Assembly: GCF_004010195.1 (NCBI RefSeq)
Contig: NC_057719.1
Span: forward strand, 61,783,237-61,803,236
Source of the DNA: Chiloscyllium plagiosum
Taxonomy: Eukaryota
Reading direction: 5' to 3'
Length of the DNA: 20,000 nucleotides
How positions within the stretch are numbered: position 1 is the stretch's first letter; each line of letters starts with the position of its first letter. Both the position numbers and the translations under genes were made by a program. The notes below the pieces were generated by a model. That model had not been told where the DNA came from. It did no database searches and saw only the letters and a program-made list of their open reading frames with translations. Of the stretch, positions 1 to 8,556 are shown one piece after another.

Positions 1-19
1 TTTTGCCATTGCATGGGAA

Positions 20-350
20 GGTACCATGGGAAGGGGTGATACATTGGGGAGTAGGAGATAGAGGTATGAACCAAGGTTCATGGAGGGAACAGTCAATTCA
101 GAATGTTGACAGGGTGGGAAGGGCATGACATATTTAATGATGGTATGTTTCTGGATATGGCATAAATGTTGGTGGATGATCATGGTTCTGGGATGGAGAG
201 ATAAGAGTGAGAGGACAAGCGCAGGAAATGGGTTGGACACAGTTGAAGGTAAAAGTAGATGCCAGCACTAGTGCAATCATTGAAGAACCAGAAAGAGAAT
301 ACTTGGTGGAGACCTGAGTAGAATTGGAATAAAGGAATGTTTCACATAGC
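20..350 (-). mobile_element. Degraded Penelope-like element (PLE) internal fragment
   Basis: Purine-rich stretch (GGAGGGAACAGTCAATTCAGAATGTTGACAGGG, GCAGGAAATGGGTTGGACACAGTTGA) resembling, from recall, the antisense of the shark PLE ORF between the RT and GIY-YIG regions. It lies next to a PLE terminal-repeat remnant. No clean ORF. Confidence 0.5.
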
Positions 351-389
351 TCACAAAAGGACAGACAGAACAATACTCATGGAGTATTC

Positions 390-484
390 AAAAAGAAAGT
401 ACTGGAGATACTCAGCAGTTCTTGCAGCATCTGTGGAGAGAAACAGTATTAACGTTTTGAATGTGATCTGACTCTTCATTAGAC
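390..484 (-). repeat. PLE-derived terminal-repeat (pLTR) remnant with a degenerate hammerhead core
   Basis: CTGGAGATACTCAGCAG..GCAGCATCTGTGGAGAG is similar to 4552-4590 and 8460-8500. The minus strand reads CTAATGAAGAGTC...CAAAACGTT, a mutated CTGANGA...GAAAC core. Confidence 0.65.
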
Positions 485-494
485 ACTAGAGAGT

Positions 495-615
495 GCAGGA
501 AAAATATACAAGAATTGATTAAGGGATGTGGATCTTCAGCGACATTGATAGATTAAAGAGGTTGGGACTATTTTCCATGGAGAAGAGAAGATTGACCTGA
601 AATTTGATAGCGGGG
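495..615 (+). mobile_element. Old CR1 LINE 3' ORF2 fragment, left half (continues at 5332)
   Basis: Decayed 'RLKRLGLFSMEKRRL..NLI' matches the CR1 C-terminal motif 'LGLFSLERRRLRGDLIEV' seen in the younger copies in this window. Confidence 0.7.
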
Positions 616-1025
616 TCATACAGTCATAGAATCATAGAGATGTACAGCATGGAAACAGACCCTTCGGTCCAACCCGTCCATGCCAACCAGATATCCCAAC
701 CTAATCTAGTCCCACCTGCCAGCACCTGGCCCATTTCCCTCCAAACCTTTCCTATTCATATACCCATCCAAATGCCTCTTAAATGTTGCAATTGTACTAG
801 CCTCCACCACCTCCTCCAGCAGCTCATTCCATACATGTACCACACTCTGCGTGAAAAGGTTGCACCTTAGGTCTCTTTTATATCTTACCTGTCTAACCCT
901 AAAACTATGCCCTCTCATTCTGGACTCCCCAACCCTAGGGAAAAGACTTTGTCTATTTATCCTATCCATGCCCCTCATAATTTTGTAAACCTCTATAAGG
1001 TCACCCCTCAGTCTCCGACGCTCCA

Positions 1026-1172
1026 NNNNNNNNNNNNNNNNNNNNNNNNNNNNNNNNNNNNNNNNNNNNNNNNNNNNNNNNNNNNNNNNNNNNNNNNNNN
1101 NNNNNNNNNNNNNNNNNNNNNNNNNNNNNNNNNNNNNNNNNNNNNNNNNNNNNNNNNNNNNNNNNNNNNNNN
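1026..1172. other. Assembly gap (N run)
   Basis: 147 Ns. Confidence 1.
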
Positions 1173-2934
1173 TATAAGTCCTGCTAAGATTTGCTTTCCC
1201 AAAATGCAGGACCTCGCATTTATCTGAATTAAACTTCATCTGCCACTTCTCAGCCCATTGGCCCATCTGGTCCAGATTTGAGGTAACTCTCTTCGCTGTC
1301 CAGTACACCTTCAATTTTGGTGTCATCTGCAAACTTACTAACTCGCATCCAAATTATTTATGTAAATGACAAAAAGTAGAGGGCCCGGCACCAATCCTTG
1401 TGGCACTCCACAGGTCACAGGCCTCCAGTCTGAAAAACCACCCTCTGTCTTCTACCTTTGAGCCAGTTCTGTATCCAAATCGCTAGTTCTCCCTGTATTC
1501 AATGAGATCTAATCTTGCTAATCAGTCTGCCATGGGGAACCTTGTCAAACGCCTTACTGAAGTTCATATAGATCACATCTATTGCTTTGCCCTCATCAAT
1601 CCTCTTTGTTACTTCTTCAAAAAACTCACTCAAGTTTGTGAGACATGATTTCCCACACACAAAGCCATGTTGACTATCCTTAATCAGTCCTTGCCTTTCC
1701 AAATACATGTACATCCTGTCCCTCAGGATTCCCTTCAACAACTTGCCCACCACCGATGTCAGGCTCACCGGTCTTTAGTTTCCTGGCTTGTCTTTACTGC
1801 CCTTCTTAAACAGTGGCACCACGTTTGTCAACCTCCAGCCTTCCACCACCTCACCTGTGACTATCGATGATACAAATATCTCAGCAAGAGGCCCAGCAAT
1901 CACTTCTCAAGCTTCCCACAGAGTTCTCGGGTACATCTGATCAGATCCTGGGGATTTATCCACCCTTACCCATTTCAAGTCATCCAGCACTTCCTCCTCT
2001 GTAATCTGGACATTTTGCAAGATGTCACCATCGATTTCCCTGCAGTCTATATCTTCCATATCCTTTTCCACAGTAAATACTGATGCAAAATATTCATTAA
2101 GTATCTCCCCCATTTTCTGTGACTCCACACAAAGGCCACCTTGCTGATCTTTGAGGGGCCCAATTCTCTCCCCAGTTACCCTTTTGTCCTTAATATATTT
2201 CTAAAAACTCTTTGGATTCTCTTTAACCCTATTTGCCAAAGCTATCTCATGTCCCCTTTTTGCCCTCCTGATTTCCTTTTAAGTATACTCCTACTTCCTT
2301 CTTTTTCTGAACCAAACCCTTAATTTCTTTAGTCATCCAGCATTCCCTATACCTACCAGCCTTTCCTTTCACCCTAACAGGAATATACTTGCCCTGGATT
2401 CTCGTTATCTCATTTCTGAAGGCTTCCCATTTTCCAGCCGTCTCTTTACCTGCGAACATCTGCCTCCAATCAGCTTTCAAAAGTTCTTGCCTAATACCGT
2501 CAAAAATGGCCTTTCTCCAATTTAGAACTTCAACTTTTAGATCTGGTCTATCTTTTTCCATCACTATTTTAAATCAAATAGAATTATGGTCGCTGGCCCA
2601 CTGACACCTCAGTCACCTGCCCTGCCTTAGTTACCAAGAGTAGGTCAAGTTTTACACCTTCTCTAGTAGGTACATCCACATACTGAATCAGAAAATTGTC
2701 TTGTACACACTTAACAAATTCCTCTCCATCTAAACCTTTAACACTATGTCAGTCCCAGTCGATGTTTGGAAAGTTAAAATCCCCTACCATAACTACCCTA
2801 TTATTCTTACAGACAGCTGAGATCTCCTTACAAGTTTGTTTCTCAATTTCCCTCTGATTATTAGGGGGTCTATAATACAATCCCAATAAGGTGAACATCC
2901 CTTTCTTATTTCTCAGTGCCACCCAAATAACTTC

Positions 2935-3004
2935 CCTGGATGTATTTCTGGGAATATCCTCCCTCAGCACCTGGATGTATTTCTGGGAATATCCTCCCTC
3001 AGCA
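2935..3004. repeat. Exact 35-bp tandem duplication inside the CR1 endonuclease region
   Basis: CCTGGATGTATTTCTGGGAATATCCTCCCTCAGCA occurs at 2935-2969 and 2970-3004. LREDIPRNTSR appears in two frames. Confidence 0.95.
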
Positions 3005-3348
3005 CAACTATAATGCTATCCCTTATCAAAAATGACCCTCCCCCTCCTCTCTTGCCTCCCTTTCTATCCTTCCGGTAGCATTTGTATCCTGGAACATTTA
3101 GCCCTGCCCATCCCCGAGCCATGTTTTCGTAATTGCTATGATATCCCAGTCCCATGTTTCTAGCCATGCCCTGAGTTCATCTGCCTTCCCTGTTAGGCCC
3201 CTTGCATTAAAATAAATGCAGTTTCATTTATTAATCCTACCTTGTCCCTGCCTGCCTTGACTGTTTGACTCACTTCTGTTCTCAGCTGTACCCGTCTCAG
3301 ATCGATCTCTTTCCTCACTATCTCCCTGGGTCCCACCCCCCCATTTTA

Positions 3349-4383
3349 CTAGTTTAAATCCTCCCGAGCAGTTCTAGCAAATTTCCCTGCCAGTATATTA
3401 GTCCCCTTCCAATTTAGGTGCAATCCGTCCTTCTTGTACAGGTCACTTCTACCCCAAAAGAGATTCCAATGATCCAAAAATGTGAATCCTTCTCCCATAC
3501 ACCAGTCCTCAGCCANNNNNNNNNNNNNNNNNNNNNNNNNNNNNNNNNNNNNNNNNNNNNNNNNNNNNNNNNNNNNNNNNNNNNNNNNNNNNNNNNNNNN
3601 NNNNNNNNNNNNNNNNNNNNNNNNNNNNNNNNNNNNNNNNNNNNNNNNNNNNNNNNNNNNNNNNNNNNNNNNNNNNNNNNNNNNNNNNNNNNNNNNNNCA
3701 GATATTACTATCCTTGAGGACCTCCTTTTTAAATTTCTACCTAACTTTCTGTAATCTCCCTTCAGAATCTCAACCTTTTCCCTTCCTATATCGTTGGTTC
3801 CAAAGTAGACAATGACCTCCTGCTGGCCTCTCTCCCCCTTGAGAACATCCTTGATCCTGGCACCAGGGAAACAACACACCATTCTGCTTTTTCTCTGCTG
3901 GCCACAGAAACGTCTGTCTGTACCTCTGACTACAGAATCCCCTAACACAATTGATCTCTTGGAAGCTGACATATCCCTCGTTGCATTAGAGCCAGTCTCA
4001 ATACCAGAAACTTGGCTGTTCGTGCTACGTTCCCCTGTGAATTCATCACCCACTACATTTTCCAAAACAGCATACCTGTTTGGAATGGCTATAACCACAG
4101 AAGATTTCTGCCCTAGGTGCCTACCTCTCTTACCCATCCTGGAGTTAACCCATCTATGCGCCTGTATCTGAGACATTCCCCCCTTCCTATAACTGCCATC
4201 CATCACATACTGTTGCTGTTGCAAATTCCTCATCTCTTCTAACTGTCTCTCCAAACGATCCATTCAATCTGATAAGATTCGCACCCAACAGCATTTATGG
4301 CAGATATAATCCTCAGTAACCTTTAAACTCTCTTTAAACTCCCACATCTGACAAGAAGTACATATCACTCTATTAAAGGCCAT
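3349..4383 (-). pseudogene. CR1 ORF1 (N-terminal Cys zinc finger, coiled coil, SGNH/GDSL esterase) with a premature stop
   Basis: ATG at 4383 gives MAFNRVICTSCQMW...YICHKC, then an in-frame TGA at 4266-4264, then MDRLERQLEEM. Esterase blocks VLGDSVVRG, CCFPGARI, YFGTNDIG and DGLHLN follow. Confidence 0.9.
3516..3698. other. Assembly gap (N run)
   Basis: 183 Ns. Confidence 1.
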
Positions 4384-4594
4384 TTTTTGCTCTTTCACAA
4401 TCTACAGACCCAGAAAATAACACCGTCTTATTCCTCTACAAAACACTGCACCAGGTTAAATTAATAGTTATGGCTTGTATTTTAAGTTTAATCAAGAGAC
4501 TTATCTCCAAAAACTTATCATCAAGAAATAACCCACTGTTGAAAATGTGTTGCTGGAAAAGCGCAGCAGGTCAGGCAGCATCCAAGGAACAGGA

Positions 4595-4631
4595 GAATCG
4601 ACATTTCGGGCATAAGCCCTTCTTCAGGAAT
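4595..4631 (-). ncRNA. Minimal type I hammerhead ribozyme motif (copy A, GAAAT variant)
   Basis: Same core at 4627-4600, but reads GAAATGTC instead of GAAACGTC (substitution at 4603). Confidence 0.6.
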
Positions 4632-4794
4632 GAGGAAAGTGTGGCCAGCAGGCTAAAATAAAAGGTAGGGAGGAGGGACTTGGGGGAGAGGCGTTGGAAA
4701 TGCGATAGGTGGAGGGAGGTCAAGGTGAGGGTGATAGGCCGGAGTGGGGTGGCTGGAAAAGCGCAGCAGGTCAGGCAGCATCCAAGGAACAGGA

Positions 4795-4831
4795 GAATCG
4801 ACGTTTCGGGCATAAGCCCTTCTTCAGGAAT
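4795..4831 (-). ncRNA. Minimal type I hammerhead ribozyme motif (copy B)
   Basis: Exact reverse complement of copy C; core at 4827-4800. Confidence 0.7.
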
Positions 4832-4876
4832 GAGGAAAGTGTGTCCAGCAAGCTAAGATAAAAGGTAGGGAGGAGC

Positions 4877-4966
4877 GCGTTCCGCAAGTAGGCGGCCTGT
4901 CTCCCCAATATAGAGGAGGCCACATCGGGTGCAGCGGATGCAATAGATGATGTGTGTGGAGGTGCA
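4877..4966 (-). pseudogene. GIY-YIG endonuclease fragment of the PLE
   Basis: The minus strand translates to CTSTHIIYCIRCTRCGLLYIGETGRLLAER: the IIY...YIG motif with intervening cysteines typical of PLE endonucleases. Confidence 0.88.
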
Positions 4967-5059
4967 TGTGGCCTCCTCTATATTGGGGAGACAGGCCATA
5001 TCCGCCACAAATTCGCTCCTCCCTACCTTTTATCTTAGCTTGCTGGACACACTTTCCTC

Positions 5060-5096
5060 ATTCCTGAAGAAGGGCTTATGCCCGAAACGTCGATTC
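5060..5096 (+). ncRNA. Minimal type I hammerhead ribozyme motif (copy C)
   Basis: CTGAAGA (5064-5070), A, stem II GGGC-TTAT-GCCC, GAAAC, GTC (predicted cut after 5091). Palindromic ACGT stem III and only a short stem I. Confidence 0.7.
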
Positions 5097-5331
5097 TCCT
5101 GTTCCTTGGATGCTGCCTGACCTGCTGCGCTTTTCCAGCAACACATTTTCAGCTCTGATCTCCAGCATCTGCAGCCCTCACTTTCTCCTCGAAGAAAATA
5201 ACCCACTGTACTCACTACTGCAGCCTTTCTATTGGACAGACTTAAAACAACGATTAAATTATCTGATTCTGTGTTGTGAACTCCGCCAAACTGGTTCCTC
5301 CAAGATTAGTTGTGAAATTCACTGTTTGTTA

Positions 5332-5652
5332 ATTCAAAATCATGATACAGAATGATAGGGAAACACTGTTTCCACTTGTGGAAGCATTGAGAACAAATGG
5401 GCACAGATTTAAGGCAATGGCAAAGGAAGCAATAGCAACACAATAAGGACATTTTCATGCAGTGAATAATTAGGATCAATTTGCTGCCTAAGACCGTAAT
5501 GGAGGCAGGTTTAATCAAAGCATTCAACAGGAATTATTATCTTTGGAGAGAAGGTGGGCGAGCGGTACAAAATAAATTGCTTCCATAGAGAGTTGGTTCA
5601 CACACAAAGGGCTGAATGGCCTTTTTCTGTACTAGCACAATCTGTGAATTTT
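5332..5652 (+). mobile_element. Old CR1 LINE 3' end, right half
   Basis: FKIM...DRETLFPLVEALRTNGHRFK, then a decayed C-terminus and a CR1-type 3' UTR (GGGCTGAATGGCCTTTTTCTGTACT). Confidence 0.72.
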
Positions 5653-6334
5653 CAGATAACATGGAGACAAGAGACAGAATCATGAAGACAGCAATCTTCA
5701 TGATTCCAGCATTGAAATTAAGTGGAATTATAAACCTAGGTTATGTGTGGGAAGCAGTTACCGGCCTGTGGGCTTTCTGGAATACTGTATATAAGTTGGT
5801 GGCCAGAGGGCAGGTTTTCCATTAGTTTAAGCATGATGGGTGTGTTCTTGATGCTGGAGGGCCAATAGGAAGCTTTACAACATGGAAAAAGGCACACTTA
5901 CTTTCAGGTCAGTGAGAGAGGGTGTCCCACAATGGAAGTCAGCTCTCCCCAATTTTTAAACCTTAAAATTTAAAAAAGCCTATGAGAATTGAGGCCCAAT
6001 TTGGAAGAGGGCCTGCAGGCCTCACAATGGCTTGAAATTGCAGCTGCAATCAGGCAGGAGGGGATGACCTCAAGGTTGCCTGAAGCATTGGTCCTCTGAC
6101 TGCCTGCAGCCATTGCACAGTTTCCCAAAAAAATTATATTCATCACCAAAGGTCTCTTTAATAAAAGTCAAAAATGGAACTTTGAATCAGGCATGTGTGA
6201 GTTCCAAATGCAATTCTGAACTATTACATGGACCTTGCACTGTTGGTTGGCGCTCACTGAAGTACTTCAAATTTTGAACTGCACTGGAATTCAACTGAGA
6301 TAAAGCAAGCATGACCCAGAATGAACCATTAGTA

Positions 6335-6682
6335 CAAGGCTGTCAACATCATCAAAGACCCCTCCCACCCTGAGAGAGAAGATCATCTTCTCTCTTCCAT
6401 CAGGCAGAAAATGCAGAACCTTGAGTCCACATACCAATAGGTTCAAGAACAGTTTCTTCCCTGCTGTTATTAAACCACTGAATGGACCTCTCTAATTTCA
6501 AATCTAATGTTGATCTTGCTTTGGTGCAGCTCCTCTGCCGTAATCTTGCATGCCCTCCTCTGTCTAAACACCCTATGATCTGTTTGTCCTTGTATGTTAT
6601 GATTTGCCTGTACTGCACACAAAACAAAACTTTTCACTTGTCAAAACTTTTAGGTACATGTGACAATAATAAATCAAATCAG
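6335..6682 (+). mobile_element. Rex1/Babar-clade LINE 3' end
   Basis: KAVNIIKDPSHP...LPSGRKCRTL..HTNRFKNSFFPAVIKPLN is the characteristic Rex/Babar ORF C-terminus. The 3' UTR ends in AATAAATCAAATCA. Confidence 0.78.
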
Positions 6683-6796
6683 AAAGAATCCTGAAGGACA
6701 TTAACCAATGCCAAGAGGCCAAAAGTAAATAAACTATTTGGTGTTAGCTGCAGAAACTAGAAATACAATGTCAGCCATGTACAATGTCAAGTTATT

Positions 6797-8318
6797 GGAA
6801 CAAAGAACATAGAACATTGCAGCACAGTACAGGCCCTTCGGCCCTCAATGTTGCACCAACCTGTGGAACCAATGTGAAGTCCATCTAACCTACATTATCC
6901 CATTTTCACCCATATGTCTATCCAATGACCATTTAAATCCCCATAAAGCTTGTGAATCTACTACTGTTGCAGGCAGGGCATTCCACGCCCCGACTACTCT
7001 CTGAGTACAGAAACTACCTCTGACATCTGTCCTTTATCTATCAATCCTCAATTTAAAGCTATGTCCCCTCATGCTAGCCATCACCATCTAAGGAAAAAAG
7101 CTCTCACTATCTACCCTAACTAACCCTCTGATTATCTTGTATGTCTCAATTAAGTCAGTTCTCAACCTTCTCTCTAACGAAAACAGCCTCAAGTCCCTCA
7201 GCTTGTCCTCATCAGACCTTCCCTCCATACCAGGCAACATCCTCGTAAATCTCCTCTGAACCCTCTCCAAAGCTTCCACATCCTTCCTATAACGCAATAA
7301 CCAGAACTGCACGCAATACTCCAAGTGCAGCCGCACCAGAGTTTTGTACAGCTGCAGCATGATCTTTTGACTCCGAAACTCAACCCCTCTACCAATAAAA
7401 GCTAATGCACCACCTTCTTAACAACTATATCAACCTGGTGGCAACTTTAAGGGATCTATGTACATGGACACCAAGATGTCTCTGCTGTTCCTATTGTTCC
7501 TTCCAAAGTGAATCATCTCACACTTTTCTGCATTAAATTCCATTTGCTACCTCTCAGCCCAGCTCTGCAGCTTATCTATGTTCCTCTGTAACCTGTAACA
7601 TCTTTCAACACTATCCACAACTCTACCGACCTTAGTGTCATCTGCAAATTTACTAATCCATCCTCTTACTCTCTCATCCAGGTCATTTATAAAAATGACA
7701 AATAGCAGTGGCCCCAAAACAGGTCCTTGTGGTACACCACTAGTAACTGAAACTCCAGGATGAATATTTCCCATCAAGCATCCCACCCTCTGTCTTCTTT
7801 CAGCTGGCCAACTTCTTATCCAAACCGCTACATCATCCTCAATCCCATGCCTCCGTATTTTGTGCAATAAAGCCTACCGTAGGAACCTCATTAAACGTCT
7901 TACTGAAATCCCTATACACCACATCAACCACTTTACCCTCATCCACCTGTTTGGTTACCATCTCAAAGAACTCAATAAGGCTTGTGAGACACAACCTACC
8001 GTTCACAAAACCATGTTGATAATCCCTAATCAACGTATTCCTGTCCAGATGATTATAAATCTGACCTCTTGTAACCTTTTCCAACACTTTACCCGCAACA
8101 GAAGTAAGGCTTACTGGTCTATAATTACCAGGTTTGTCTCTAATCCCCTTCTTGAAAAAGGGAACAACATTTGCTATCCCCCAGCCTTCTGGCGTCATTC
8201 CTGTAGACAATGAGGACATAAAGATCAAAGCCAAAGGCTCAGTAACCTCCTCTCTGGCTTCCCAGAGAATTCTAGGATAAATCCAATCCAGCCTAGGGGA
8301 CTTATTTATTTTCATACT
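6797..8318 (-). mobile_element. 5'-truncated CR1 LINE (second subfamily), RT region to 3' tail, with an internal deletion near 7490
   Basis: [49 protein letters not shown] and LYKTLVRLHLEYCVQFW. Tail seen on + as GAACAAAGAACATAGAACA. Confidence 0.92.
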
Positions 8319-8409
8319 TTGTTATATCTTTAATAAATCAGTTTTGATTCTGTTCCATAAAGATTCCTTGAAGATAGCTTACCAGAATATTAATGAATTT
8401 TCGATTAAA

Positions 8410-8556
8410 AAAACCAAAAGAATTGCAGTTGCTAGAAATCTGAAACAAAAACAGAAATTCCTTGAAAACGTCAGCAAGTCTGGCAGCATCTGTGGAGAGA
8501 AATCATAGTTAACTGATAGGACCTGCTGAGATTTTCCATAAATTTCTGTTTTTATT
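8410..8556. repeat. Short palindromic PLE-pLTR-derived element lacking the ribozyme core
   Basis: Imperfect inverted arms AAAAACAGAAATT...TCAGCAAGTC (8447-8480) and GACCTGCTGA...AATTTCTGTTTTT (8520-8553). Similar to 390-484. Confidence 0.7.

Larger units (their letters stand above)
706..3230 (-). pseudogene. CR1 ORF2 (APE endonuclease + reverse transcriptase), frameshifted and with deletions
   Basis: Endonuclease motifs NCIYFNARGL..KADEL, LYYRPPN and VGDFNFPNIDW. RT motifs DKSPGSDQMYPRTL, SQHGF..GKSCLTNL, FSKAFDKVPH and SKFADDTK (~1315-1338). C-terminal ERRRLRGDLIEVYKIM...WD*. Split over several frames. Confidence 0.93.
4540..5195. mobile_element. Rearranged Penelope-like element: two tandem pLTR copies (-), a GIY-YIG fragment and an inverted pLTR (+), flanked by a TSD
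   Basis: AAATAACCCACTGT at 4526-4539 and 5196-5209. Repeats at 4552-4675, 4752-4877 and, inverted, 5014-5151. GIY-YIG peptide in the middle. Confidence 0.9.
616..5331 (-). mobile_element. Near full-length, inactivated CR1-clade LINE (HER1-like), interrupted by a PLE at 4540-5195
   Basis: The 3' tail of short repeats (minus strand CTCTATGATTCTATGACT) is at ~616-640, followed by ORF2, ORF1 and a 5' UTR. The 5' boundary is inferred from where the host CR1 fragment resumes. Confidence 0.93.

Noticed and set aside
604..870. Plus-strand ORFs 604-870 and 19667-19978 as a duplicated gene, and similar ORFs at 3812-4171, 7860-8213 and 12125-12397
   Set aside because: They are antisense shadows of CR1 sequence.
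4552..5151. CRISPR array or endogenous viroid-like agent
   Set aside because: There is no repeat-spacer periodicity. The repeats are PLE pLTRs associated with a GIY-YIG fragment and a TSD.
5780..6130. Possible decayed non-autonomous DNA transposon
   Set aside because: Repeat-like composition, but no TIRs, TSD or coding motif could be identified.
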